Source of the DNA: Faecousia sp.
GTDB taxonomy: Bacteria; Bacillota; Clostridia; Oscillospirales; Oscillospiraceae
Reading direction: 5' to 3'
NCBI GenBank assembly: GCA_045653485.1
Contig: JAZOLX010000124.1
Location: forward strand, 7,301-71,300
Length of the DNA: 64,000 bases
In this document: positions 37,207 through 47,207 of the stretch, piece by piece
How the letters are laid out: each line of letters starts with the position of its first letter
How positions within the stretch are numbered: position 1 is the stretch's first letter
Notes under the pieces: generated by a model
The model's input: only the letters and a program-made list of their open reading frames with translations
What the model was told of the DNA's origin: nothing
Databases searched by the model: none
Made by a program: the position numbers and the translations under genes

Positions 37207-38604
37207 TCAGAAAATGCTCTTGCGCTTGAGAATTCTGAGAAGTTCGAAAATGCCGAGAACTGCGCCAATGCTCCAACGGAGCCACCACACACCGGCAGCT
37301 ACAGTGGTCCATACCGCAACTGCTATGACCGGAAGCGCATAAACTCCCAACAGCCGCAGGCGGAAAGGAAAATCCACACCCCTTTTAATGCTCATCGCAT
37401 AAAAATAGTGGATAAAAAACTGCACCCCGTGAGCCAGCATCGTAGCCAGCGCAGCACCCAAAACGTCCAACTTATGAATAAATACTAGATTCAATATAAT
37501 GTTACACACACCTGCGATCAGTGTGCATACTGCGGTCATCTTCGTTTTTCTGTTATAGAATTCGTAATTGGCAGGAAAACTATACAAAAACACAAAATAG
37601 TATCCCAATACCAGCAGCGGGATCATGCTGATGCCAGGCCAATAATCTTTTGACGCAAACAGACGGTAAACTTCCGGCGTCAGAAGCATAAATCCCATAG
37701 TCAAAACGCTGTACAGTTCCAGATAGTTCTTGCCATGAGCCTTGATCTTATCGATCTCATTGCGGCCGGAGAAATCATAAAAGAACGGAACCCAGCTATT
37801 ATTCAGTGCAGTCCAAATAATGCTCATTACAGCTGCAAAGGCCGCAGCCAGACTGTAGATACCCACAGTGGTGTTGCTGCACATCTGTTGCAGCATCACA
37901 CGGTCACTTTGTCCCAGAGCTATACCCGCCAAACTGTGCACGATCAGCGGCAGAGACAGAGGAATACAGAACTTCCAATATTTTAAATTGACGAAAGTTT
38001 TTCCGGAGTAAAAGAAAAAGATAGTAATACCAATACCAAAGCAGCCATATACCGAGGACAAGCCCAAAATACGTCCCCAGTAATTGCTCTGTTTTGGCAT
38101 ACACAGGATCAAAACTATGGACAATGCAATGGACAAAACAGACACTGCCAAAGACAGCAACAAGTTCTTATCTGCCTTAAACTCAAATGTAAGCTTGTAG
38201 TTCAAAAGTGTTACACAGAACGAACCATAGGCATGTACTACGATCAGAACTACGATCAGCGGATCCAGCCGCAGCATTTGTGACAATGGATTCAGACAAA
38301 CCAAAATCAACACCGTTCCAGCAAGGAAAGATGTCAATGCCAAAAAGACGATGCTGGATTGATAACTGATCTGCTTTTCTTCCGGATACTCTGTTCTTGC
38401 CAGATTCAAGGTAGCCTCGGCTTGGAGTCCCAGTACAGTAGCCACCACTGGCACCCAAGTATTATAAATTGACACGATTCCGTAGTTACTTGTTCCCAGC
38501 ATTCTGGAAATTATAGGTGCTGTCAGCATAGCAATTCCCTGCAACATAACTGTGCTGAGTATATTAATCAGCGTTATTCGATTTAGTGATTTTTTCGGTG
38601 CCAT
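37207..38604 (-). CDS. wzx: Wzx polysaccharide flippase
   Basis: Roughly 12-14 TM helices; LTAPIISRML...YG, SDRVML, GIYSLA MOP motifs. Confidence 0.88.
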   Translation of the reverse strand: MAPKKSLNRITLINILSTVMLQGIAMLTAPIISRMLGTSNYGIVSIYNTWVPVVATVLGLQAEATLNLARTEYPEEKQISYQSSIVFLALTSFLAGTVLILVCLNPLSQMLRLDPLIVVLIVVHAYGSFCVTLLNYKLTFEFKADKNLLLSLAVSVLSIALSIVLILCMPKQSNYWGRILGLSSVYGCFGIGITIFFFYSGKTFVNLKYWKFCIPLSLPLIVHSLAGIALGQSDRVMLQQMCSNTTVGIYSLAAAFAAVMSIIWTALNNSWVPFFYDFSGRNEIDKIKAHGKNYLELYSVLTMGFMLLTPEVYRLFASKDYWPGISMIPLLVLGYYFVFLYSFPANYEFYNRKTKMTAVCTLIAGVCNIILNLVFIHKLDVLGAALATMLAHGVQFFIHYFYAMSIKRGVDFPFRLRLLGVYALPVIAVAVWTTVAAGVWWLRWSIGAVLGIFELLRILKRKSIF

Positions 38605-38631
38605 TGGCTGACCTCATCTTTGATATGTTTT

Positions 38632-39468
38632 TTATGCGTGAATCTTAGGATATGCGTCAATGTAAGACGGCAGGCAGGCATTTTCCACCTTCACGCCATT
38701 GGCCTTGGCAAATTTCGCGATGGTTGCATGTTGCTTCAAAGTAGTGGTATACCACTCGAAATACTTATACAGTTCGCCCTTACCGATCTGGCCTGCCTGG
38801 GTCACATTAATCCGCTCTGTACCGTAGAAATGCACATACTCCCGGTAAACATCGCAGTCCTCGCCAACCACCAGCTCCCGGTGCCAGTCGTTTTCCACGC
38901 CGGTGAGGATCACACGGTCAGCCTGGCTCATAACAAAGTAGTAAACCGCACCTACGATCACATTCTGAAATCCGCAGGATGCCATATTGCGGGAATAAAG
39001 CTTGTTCTTGATCGAATTGAATTCGCAGTCCAGAACATTATGGGTCACATACCGGTACTTGATATAGGGGTTTTTCAGAACAGAAATATGCTCATCCCGG
39101 TAACAGATCAAATTGAGTTCCCAATCGACCCGTTCCATAATACTGACAAAACGTTTATCATCCTCTGTTTTCGGAAAATCTGCAGATGCGTAATCAGGAT
39201 CTACACAGCAATAAAACGTTGGTTTAATCGCAAAGAACAGTTCTTCGTCCAGTGCGAAATGGTTGACGCAGCAGATATCATACCCCTGGTCAATGTATTT
39301 CCGGTAAGGAAAATCCTTGGCACTGGGACCGTTGCCAAAAACCACCACTTTTTTTCCTTGATTGCCGCCCGGTTCTGTCTTGGAGCTTTTGCGGTAGCGC
39401 AGAAGCCACAGCAGAAGCTTTATTAACTCCAGCACAAAAACCTTGCATGCATGAATCACTTTATTCAT
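38632..39468 (-). CDS. Maf/Cst-like putative nonulosonic acid transferase
   Basis: [32 protein letters not shown] motifs; polysaccharide locus context. Confidence 0.6.
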   Translation of the reverse strand: MNKVIHACKVFVLELIKLLLWLLRYRKSSKTEPGGNQGKKVVVFGNGPSAKDFPYRKYIDQGYDICCVNHFALDEELFFAIKPTFYCCVDPDYASADFPKTEDDKRFVSIMERVDWELNLICYRDEHISVLKNPYIKYRYVTHNVLDCEFNSIKNKLYSRNMASCGFQNVIVGAVYYFVMSQADRVILTGVENDWHRELVVGEDCDVYREYVHFYGTERINVTQAGQIGKGELYKYFEWYTTTLKQHATIAKFAKANGVKVENACLPSYIDAYPKIHA

Positions 39469-40144
39469 TAGGATGCACTTCCTCATAAAATTTTTCTAAA
39501 AATTTTTCGATATTAGCAAAGCTCTCCGCGTTTTCCTTAATCCATTGCAGATCCTTATCCCACCAACGCAACTTCAGCAGTTTTTCAATCTGTTCGTCTG
39601 CAAAACGCTGGCCAATCTTTTTCGCCGGAACACCCGCCACAATATGGTACGGCGGCACATCCTTGGTCACCACCGCGCCGGCAGCCACCACCGCACCGTC
39701 ACCAATGGTAACACCGGCAATGATCGTAGCACCATAGCCGATCCAGACATCATTGCCGATCACAACACTGTGCTTTCCTTCTGGGTCTGCATAGCGGTAT
39801 TCATCAAAAATCGTTTCTAGAACATAACTTTGGGTAATGCCATGGTGCTTTGTGTAGAAAGCCGGATGTGCAGATACGATCTCTTTTGTAGGATGAAAGC
39901 CGTTGATCACATTGACTCCGCCGGCAATACAGCAAAATCTTCCTACTTTACCATAAAATACAGATCTTTCACCGATGTAAGTTCCATAGCCCATAGTTCC
40001 GTAAAAATCGCTTTCATAGCCCAAAGAATTTTCGCCCTCGAACTCAGAGCCGTAGCCGATGTTGCAGCGTTCTCTCAGGGAAAGTTTCTTGCCGTATTTT
40101 GCTTTATAGATCCAGGATTTGATAAACCTGCGTAAACTTCTCAT
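39461..40144 (-). CDS. Hexapeptide-repeat O-acetyltransferase (CatB/Vat-like)
   Basis: VIGNDVWIG...[28 protein letters not shown]. Confidence 0.9.
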   Translation of the reverse strand: MRSLRRFIKSWIYKAKYGKKLSLRERCNIGYGSEFEGENSLGYESDFYGTMGYGTYIGERSVFYGKVGRFCCIAGGVNVINGFHPTKEIVSAHPAFYTKHHGITQSYVLETIFDEYRYADPEGKHSVVIGNDVWIGYGATIIAGVTIGDGAVVAAGAVVTKDVPPYHIVAGVPAKKIGQRFADEQIEKLLKLRWWDKDLQWIKENAESFANIEKFLEKFYEEVHPNE

Positions 40145-40159
40145 TCTCCTATGCCTTTC

Positions 40160-40981
40160 TTACTGTTCCGTGTTTTCTGCTTGATACCAGCCACGTTTTT
40201 TAGAAAAATACACGCCAGGCAACAGTTTTTTTATAGAAACACGCATGCGCATCCTGATTTTTTGCAGCTCTGCTTTTATACCGTCTGCCTGTCGGTAAAA
40301 TCCCGCCTGTTTGCGGATCTCATTGGATTCCTGGATAGTTCTGTTTGCGCTCATAATACTGGCTCCAGCATAGTCGTAAAGGGCAACCCTTCGCTCCACA
40401 TGATAAAAACGGATGCCATCCTGATACATACGAACAAACTGATCATAGTCCGCAGCTAATTTCCACTGAGTATCGAAGCGGTAGCGAGCCAAAATATCTG
40501 TGCGCACAAAAACACTTTGGTGGCAAAAAGGAATATGCTGCCGTATCGCGGCAATGGATGCTGCAGGGCAAACGCGTCTGTATTCCTTTTTCTGATATCG
40601 TTCCCGAAGAGTAGCGTCACCATAGATCACTTGCTGAGAATAGGTTTTATCCTGAAAAATGTCCTCTAAAACATAGGCATCTATAAAAGAATCCCCCGCA
40701 TTCAGCATCAACGTCCACTCGCCATTTGCCTTATCGATACCCTTGTTCATGGCATCATAAATACCATTATCAGGTCCGCTATAGACCCGGTAGGCAACAC
40801 CCTTTACTTCAAAGGCTTCCCGGTAGGATTCAACGATCTCTACCGTAGTATCCTTGGACGCGCCGTCGATAAATACATATTCATAATCCGTATAGCTCTG
40901 AGCCAAGACAGATTGAATTGTCTTCTCGATTTCCGCAGCAGCATTATAGCTGATCGTTACGATACTGACTGTTGTCTTCAT
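40160..40981 (-). CDS. GT2 glycosyltransferase
   Basis: SIVTISYN, IDGASKD, GIYDAMNKG, LNAGD, HQS, ADYD. Confidence 0.92.
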   Translation of the reverse strand: MKTTVSIVTISYNAAAEIEKTIQSVLAQSYTDYEYVFIDGASKDTTVEIVESYREAFEVKGVAYRVYSGPDNGIYDAMNKGIDKANGEWTLMLNAGDSFIDAYVLEDIFQDKTYSQQVIYGDATLRERYQKKEYRRVCPAASIAAIRQHIPFCHQSVFVRTDILARYRFDTQWKLAADYDQFVRMYQDGIRFYHVERRVALYDYAGASIMSANRTIQESNEIRKQAGFYRQADGIKAELQKIRMRMRVSIKKLLPGVYFSKKRGWYQAENTEQ

Positions 40982-42067
40982 CCTGCACTTCCTCATCTTC
41001 GCATTTTCCGTATTTTTCGTCGTCTTCGTACTCGTATATATCTGGTAGCAGCTTATCTATGATCCGTTTTACATAACTTGTCACATTCACGGTGATATTC
41101 TCCGAACGGCCACGAGCATACAAAGCATTGGCCAGCAGCAGTGCAAAGATAGGCGAACCGAACTGAATGGCAGAGAACATGATGATGATCACGCTGCCAC
41201 CAAACACAAAGCCATTTTTGGTGCCTTTGATCAGCACCCAGGAGGTCAGCACCACGGTGGCTAGACCCACGATGCCCATTTCATAGATCACAGAGCCGAA
41301 GCCACTCATGATTCGGGTATAAACCACACCGTCCAGCTTGATCTCGCCAAAACCGTTGGGAAGGCCCCAGTTTTGAATGAAACCCCGGAAACCAACTAAG
41401 ATCAACTCTACCCGCTCCGCTACACTTTCATCCAGCACATACAAATCATTCAGAGAGCGGACTTTCCATAAATCACGAGCCATTTTGGCAAACAAGTGTA
41501 CCATTCGGCTGTTCGGCATCAAATAACTCACAAGCCAAATACCGAAAACTATAACACCCAGGCTGATAGTGGCAATCAACAGCTTCTTCTTTCTGCGGTC
41601 AGGCTTGTCTTTAGGAAATGCTACTATTTCCTTTATTACAAACATGCCCACAAACACCGCGAGGTACACGATGGCTACTGCGGACTGTCCCAAAGCAACG
41701 ATCTGGAATACGCAGATTCCTTGATATAACAACCGATGACGCTTGAATTCATTGGCCAGCACAAAGAAGAATGCCATCACATAGCCATAGAAAGAGGGTT
41801 CGGAGGCCAGACTGACTACTCCCCTGTTGTCAGTAGTTCTGAAATTGGATACCAGAAAGGAAAGAAAGCGCCGGTCGACAAAGGTCTGCATCAATCCTAC
41901 AAACAGCCACAGCAAAATGATGCCCTTCAGCCAGTTTTCCCGGATACCTAAACTTCGGAAGGAATTAAACAGCGCCAGAGATACCACAAACTGAAGTGAT
42001 AAAATAATGGTAGACACGAAAGTGCCTACCATTATTTTTATGCTATTATGGAATTGGGGGTGTCATT

Positions 42068-42412
42068 ATGTCGAGAAGATATACAATGCGCAGCAAAGAA
42101 GAGAAACTAGAAATCGTAAAGCAAGTACTTGCAGGGATTCCAGAACGAGCATGGGAAAGTCAGGGAATTAACCGAAGACAAGTACACGATTGGACGAAAT
42201 TATATCTTGAAAAAGGTGAAGCTGGTCTAGAAACCAAGAAAAAGCCCGGCAATCCTTTATCCAGATATGAGCGTCGGAAAGAACTGACCTACGAGGAGCA
42301 GCTACAGTATCAGATCGAGCTACTGAAACGAGAACTGGTAAAGAAAGAGGCGGAGGTTCTTCGCCTAAAAAAACTGAACGAACGAAAAGGGGGCGATGCC
42401 CAAAGAAAATGA
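42068..42412 (+). CDS. IS3 OrfA (HTH)
   Basis: EEKLEIVK...W...Y..GL; coiled-coil C-end; A7 slippery run at 42367-42373 in the -1 frame of OrfB. Confidence 0.88.
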   Translation: MSRRYTMRSKEEKLEIVKQVLAGIPERAWESQGINRRQVHDWTKLYLEKGEAGLETKKKPGNPLSRYERRKELTYEEQLQYQIELLKRELVKKEAEVLRLKKLNERKGGDAQRK

Positions 42413-43284
42413 TTCAAGAAATGTATACTGATATTCAGAAGCAAACAGATAAACATTCTGTCAGTGAACTATGTAACATCTACGGTGTATCTCGCAGCGG
42501 TTACTATAAATGGCTGAAACGAGCCGGTCAGCTTAACCGATACGAAAAAACGAATCAAATACTAGATAACTATGTTTTGGATATTCACAACCATCACCCT
42601 ATGATGGGGTATCGTCAGATTAAGGATAAGCTATGCCTTGAATTTGGTTGGATCGTCAGTGATCCTTCTGTTTGGAAGGCAATGAAACGGCTGGGAATCC
42701 ACGGATACACTAGGCACCGTAAGATTGCGGCAGTAGGAACCAACCTGGAGCATATACGCTATTCCAATGTTCTAAATAGAAAATTCAAATCAGAGAAACC
42801 GTTGCAGAAGATTGTAACGGATGTTACCTATATCAAGCATAACGGTAAATGGTACTATCTTGCAGGCTATCTTGATCTGTTCAACAACGAAATCGTGGAA
42901 TGGGAACTCAGCGATACATTCGATAACTTCCTTGTTATGAAGCCAGCTGAGCGCCTTCTGAAAAGAAGAATGAGCACCGGACACCAAGTCCTTTTGCACA
43001 GCGTCCAAGGTGTCCAGGACTCATCAGCAGGGTATTGCAACCTACTTAAAGAATACAATGTAGTTCAAAGTATGTCAAGAGCCGGAAACCCTCACGACAA
43101 CGCTGTTATGGAAAGCTTTTGGGGAAGATTCAAAGATACGCTGCGGAAACACTTCCGTTACTGGGAGCGTGATGACCTGAGAGCAACGATTGAACAGGCT
43201 ATCTATTATTTCAACAATGAGCGCCCGGTTCGTAAGCTAAAAGGAAAACCACCAGTCCTGTTTAGAACAGAACTGGTGGCATAA
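42409..43284 (+). CDS. IS3 OrfB DDE transposase (second catalytic Asp changed to Val)
   Basis: VSRSGYYKW, VTDVTY, HSVQG (normally HSDQG), SMSRAGNPHDNAVMESF. Confidence 0.9.
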   Translation: MIQEMYTDIQKQTDKHSVSELCNIYGVSRSGYYKWLKRAGQLNRYEKTNQILDNYVLDIHNHHPMMGYRQIKDKLCLEFGWIVSDPSVWKAMKRLGIHGYTRHRKIAAVGTNLEHIRYSNVLNRKFKSEKPLQKIVTDVTYIKHNGKWYYLAGYLDLFNNEIVEWELSDTFDNFLVMKPAERLLKRRMSTGHQVLLHSVQGVQDSSAGYCNLLKEYNVVQSMSRAGNPHDNAVMESFWGRFKDTLRKHFRYWERDDLRATIEQAIYYFNNERPVRKLKGKPPVLFRTELVA

Positions 43285-43680
43285 GAAATTTTGTGTCTAC
43301 TAACTATTGACTACTTCAAGAGATACCACAAACAGCGATGCATAATTATAGGTCTTTCGGATCAGCATCATCCAGGTAATTGTCTCATCAAAGAAGATAT
43401 CAATGATCGCTACCAGTGCCGCGAGCAAAAATGGCCAAATGATGATCTTGTGGTAGTAAGTCAACGCCATGGTTTTTCTTTTGGTAAACAAATAGGCCAA
43501 CGCCACCAAAAAAGCATAGGGCTGCATATCACTGGGAATAGGCAGTATCTTTAGAAACGGCAGCCCGCAAGTCAGATACAGCAGGAAATCCAGCCAATGA
43601 TTTTTAATTTCTTTCAAACCCGAAAAATCCAACTGTGGCATTTTCATTTCCATTGTTCCTTCTCCATTCGTCATCGATTA

Positions 43681-44796
43681 TTATTTCTTTTCCCCACAAA
43701 TCCGGATAATTGCTTGGTACAGATGCTGCACACCCACTTCCACTGTCTGTCCACCATATCGGTTGGCTATCTCTTCGCAAGCAGTTCCCTTATATACCAC
43801 AGAAGGCGTTCCACACATTTCTGCTTCATACCCTGTCAATCCAAAAGTTTCCTCCCGTGAAGGATTGACAAACACATCCGCGGCGGTATAGATCTGGGCC
43901 AGTTCCTGCTGGCTGTTGGTTCTCTGGATGGCAATGATATTTGCGGGCATCTGTTTTGCTTGATCAGCCGTCAGGCCTACCAGGACGATACGGTAGCTGT
44001 CATCTAGCATTCCTGCCAACTTCATAAAGTCCGGCAGGCCTTTTCTGTCCGTCCATGTACTGGCCACACCCAGGATCACCTTCTTATCCTGCAGGCCATT
44101 GCGTTCCCGGAAGTCACTGGGTGTCGGTTTGAATATTTCGGTATTGATGGTATTATACCGCACTTCAACCGGATATTCCTGCAAAAAGCTCTCCTTGACA
44201 AGATTTGCCAGCCACTGGGACGGAACGATGATCGTCATATTGGGAATGCCGGTAAAGAGCGCCTTCTTTCTCCAATAATTCCACTTGCTGTTATCTAGCA
44301 GCGCTGTGGCAGGATATTCCCCTTTCTGAGGACAATCAAAGCAACCGGACTTCCATTTATCGCAGCCTACAAAACTAAAGTGAGAGCAATGGCCCGTAAA
44401 AGTCCAGCAATCATGGAGCGTCCATTTCACTTCCATATTGGGTCGGGATTTGATCCACTTGAACAGCAGTTCAATATTGATATAGTAGCCATGGATATTG
44501 TGCAGCCACAGAACATCGGGGTTATAGCTCTCCGCCCAAGCAAGAAACTTCTTCGTAGCAACGACACTGCCAAAGCCGTGTCTATCCGTCAAACGGGTCA
44601 AAACACCATGGAGCTTCACATCCAAGTCACTGCCGATGCGGACTGCGTACTTTTGAAACTGCTCCGGCACGAAGCCGTCCCGGCCATATGCAATTTTCGC
44701 AGTATGGCCCTGCTGTTCGTATTCCTGCGCGATTGCTCCGCATATTTTACCGGTAGAGCCTGTCCCGCACACTGCATTGATCAGTAAAATTCGCAA
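43681..44796 (-). CDS. GT4 glycosyltransferase (WcaC-like)
   Basis: GSTGKI, LHNIHGYY, WTLHDCW, EETFGL. Confidence 0.9.
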   Translation of the reverse strand: MRILLINAVCGTGSTGKICGAIAQEYEQQGHTAKIAYGRDGFVPEQFQKYAVRIGSDLDVKLHGVLTRLTDRHGFGSVVATKKFLAWAESYNPDVLWLHNIHGYYINIELLFKWIKSRPNMEVKWTLHDCWTFTGHCSHFSFVGCDKWKSGCFDCPQKGEYPATALLDNSKWNYWRKKALFTGIPNMTIIVPSQWLANLVKESFLQEYPVEVRYNTINTEIFKPTPSDFRERNGLQDKKVILGVASTWTDRKGLPDFMKLAGMLDDSYRIVLVGLTADQAKQMPANIIAIQRTNSQQELAQIYTAADVFVNPSREETFGLTGYEAEMCGTPSVVYKGTACEEIANRYGGQTVEVGVQHLYQAIIRICGEKK

Positions 44797-44840
44797 GACA
44801 ATTCCCTCCACTCTTTTTAAAGCATAAATTCTCTTTCTAT

Positions 44841-44869
44841 AGTATACCGCATTCGCTCTGTAATTGCAA
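44841..44869 (-). promoter_or_regulatory. Sigma-A promoter of the polysaccharide cluster
   Basis: TTGCAA-17 bp-TATACT on the minus strand. Confidence 0.7.
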
Positions 44870-45092
44870 TCTCAATTTTCCTCATGTCCACAGGATCATA
44901 AACGTCGTTAATGCACCCCGCATGTTCCCAGCGAAGGCTAGGTAAAATAAGTAAAGGAGAATAACTGCAATCGATTATCTGAAGTACAATGACTAAAAAA
45001 AGAAACACTTATGTGCAATTTTACAACTTTTATAGCTCCAACATTTTGTGCTTGTTGTGTACAGGACTTTGGTTTACATGGTAAGCACGCAG

Positions 45093-45126
45093 AAAAGCAT
45101 CGCACAGCAATTGTGCGATGCTTTTT
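45093..45126 (-). terminator. Intrinsic terminator
   Basis: AAAAGCATCGCACA...TGTGCGATGCTTTT. Confidence 0.75.
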
Positions 45127-45135
45127 GACCGATGT

Positions 45136-46080
45136 TTATCGGGAACCTTGGTCGTAAGTGATACCGGCAGCCTTGGGTGCCCGGGACTTTTTGGATGTAA
45201 ATGCCAGAACAACCAAAGAAATGATATACGGCAGCATGTTATAAACCACACTGGGGATGTTGAGTGCCATGAGAATGTCAAAGCCGGAATATACGTTGCC
45301 CAGCGCCCGCAGGAAACCAAACAGCAATGCTGCAAGGGCAATTCGGAGAGGATGCCATGCGCCGAAGATCATGACCGCCATGGCCAGGAAGCCAAAACCA
45401 GCCACGCCGTTTTCAAACTTCCAGACGCTGACACCGGCAGTGATATACACGATACCACCCAATCCACCGAGGAGGCCGGAGATCAGAACACCAACATAGC
45501 GCATCTTTTGGACACTGATACCTACGGATGCGGATGCCTGCGGATGCTCACCGCAAGAGCGTAGTCGCAGACCGAACTTTGTCTTATAAAGGGCCACATA
45601 GGAGATTATCAGACAAATAGCCGCAACCAGCATAAACCAGTTATACTCAAACTCGCCCAGACGGACGATGAACAGATCTTTGGCGTGGGTGTAAGCAATA
45701 TCGGAAGACACATCGTTACCACCGGAAGCAGCGGTATTCATTGCCTTAACAGCAACGGTAGCGCCTGCGGTAGCCAGCATGTTCATAGCTGTACCGGTGA
45801 TTGTCTGATCTGCCTTGAAACTGATGGCCGCCACCGCTAAGAACAAAGAGAATACGCAGCCAAACAGGGCACTGACCAAAACCGTCAAAGCCACCATGGT
45901 GAACGCCCCAGCGGTGACCGGAAGGAATTTCATAACCAACGCACCGCCCAGTGCACCGATAACCATAATACCTTCCAGACCGATATTGATCACACCACTG
46001 CGCTCTGCAAAGCAGCCGCCCAAAGCCACCAACATCAGTACAGAGGCGAAGATCAGCGTGTATTGCAGCAGCAGTGTCAT
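45136..46080 (-). CDS. Nucleoside ABC transporter permease
   Basis: ERSGVINIGLEG, FGLRLRSCGEHP, APKAAG. Confidence 0.92.
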   Translation of the reverse strand: MTLLLQYTLIFASVLMLVALGGCFAERSGVINIGLEGIMVIGALGGALVMKFLPVTAGAFTMVALTVLVSALFGCVFSLFLAVAAISFKADQTITGTAMNMLATAGATVAVKAMNTAASGGNDVSSDIAYTHAKDLFIVRLGEFEYNWFMLVAAICLIISYVALYKTKFGLRLRSCGEHPQASASVGISVQKMRYVGVLISGLLGGLGGIVYITAGVSVWKFENGVAGFGFLAMAVMIFGAWHPLRIALAALLFGFLRALGNVYSGFDILMALNIPSVVYNMLPYIISLVVLAFTSKKSRAPKAAGITYDQGSR

Positions 46081-47207
46081 TTCTCTTCGCCTCCTTTCTG
46101 GATTGCAGTGGCTTGCTTCTCACTGCGTTTACGCAATTGCATCTGAATAAAATACTTAAAAAATGCAACAAATGCGCACAGGTAAATGATCAGGCTGGAG
46201 ATGAGGCTGGAGATCTGGGAACAATATACCTGCAGATCCACATTACCGCCACCTACCGTAACATACTGGATGAAGAACGCGGACAAAATGGAGCCAAGAG
46301 GACTCAGACCGCCCAGAAATGCTACAGCAATACCGTTAAATCCCATAGCAGGCACAGAGGAAATGGTGGTTTCCCACTCCTCAATACCGGTCAGGAACAG
46401 CAGGCCTGCACCCAGACCGGCCAGTGCGCCGGAGATGATCATGGTCAGAATGATATTGCGGTCTTCTTTCATGCCGGCATACTTGGCTGCATGGTAGTTA
46501 TGGCCGGTGGCCTTCAATTCGTAGCCGAACTTCGTCTTATTCAGCACCACCCAAACAGCCACCGCGATCAGAATTGCCAGAGGAATGGCAATGGTAACGC
46601 TGGTTTCGTTGGCAAACAGTTTCTCCAGGCCCAAACTGGGCAGCACCGCCCGGGGATTGGTGCCCATCAGATTCATGGTATAAGGACTCATAGGACTTTT
46701 CACCTTACCCAGAATCAGATTTGTCAGATACAGGGTGATCCAGTTGAGCATAATACCGGAAATGACGATATTAACATTGCACTTGGTTCGCAGCACACCG
46801 GCGATCATACCCAGCAGTGCAGCCGCAACTACACCGATCAGCAGGCAAAGCAGCCACGGGAGTTTCCATGCCAATGCTGCATACAGGCAGCCACAAGCAC
46901 CGGCTACATATTGTCCAGCAACGCCAATGTTGAACATGCCTACCTTGTAGGCAAACAATACAGACAGGGAGCACATCAGCAGGGGCACAGTCCGTACCAG
47001 AGTCTGGCCAAAATACTTCAGCATCAACCTGCCCGGGTAGCGGAAGAAGCTCTTCATCACCGCAAGGATGGCTTCAAAAGCGCCTCTGGGCTCAATAACC
47101 AGCAATACCAGATAGCCAACGATCAGGCCGCCCAGAATACACATCAACGAAGACAGCAGTGTTTGGAAACTGTCATTGTGCAGCAGGAGGTTTTTCTCTT
47201 TCTTCAT
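46077..47207 (-). CDS. Nucleoside ABC transporter permease
   Basis: GMFNIG, GYELKATG, GFNGIAVAFLG. Confidence 0.92.
   Translation of the reverse strand: MKKEKNLLLHNDSFQTLLSSLMCILGGLIVGYLVLLVIEPRGAFEAILAVMKSFFRYPGRLMLKYFGQTLVRTVPLLMCSLSVLFAYKVGMFNIGVAGQYVAGACGCLYAALAWKLPWLLCLLIGVVAAALLGMIAGVLRTKCNVNIVISGIMLNWITLYLTNLILGKVKSPMSPYTMNLMGTNPRAVLPSLGLEKLFANETSVTIAIPLAILIAVAVWVVLNKTKFGYELKATGHNYHAAKYAGMKEDRNIILTMIISGALAGLGAGLLFLTGIEEWETTISSVPAMGFNGIAVAFLGGLSPLGSILSAFFIQYVTVGGGNVDLQVYCSQISSLISSLIIYLCAFVAFFKYFIQMQLRKRSEKQATAIQKGGEEK

Larger units (their letters stand above)
41992..43318 (+). mobile_element. IS3-family insertion sequence (1327 bp)
   Basis: TG...CA ends; imperfect IRs TGAAGTGATAAAATAATGGTAGACAC vs TGAAGTAGTCAATAGTTAGTAGACAC; flanking direct repeat AGAGATACCACAAAC (41977-41991, 43319-43333). 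Confidence 0.95.
40944..43653 (-). pseudogene. Wzy-like polymerase interrupted by an IS3 element
   Basis: Multi-TM halves on each side of the IS; RG..L.SEPS motif; removing the IS plus one 15-bp repeat restores the frame (...NYASLFVVSL|ALFNSF...). Confidence 0.8.

Noticed and set aside
39461-40144. Antibiotic-resistance acetyltransferase (CatB/Vat)
   Set aside because: Embedded in a polysaccharide locus; a glycan O-acetyltransferase is the simpler reading.
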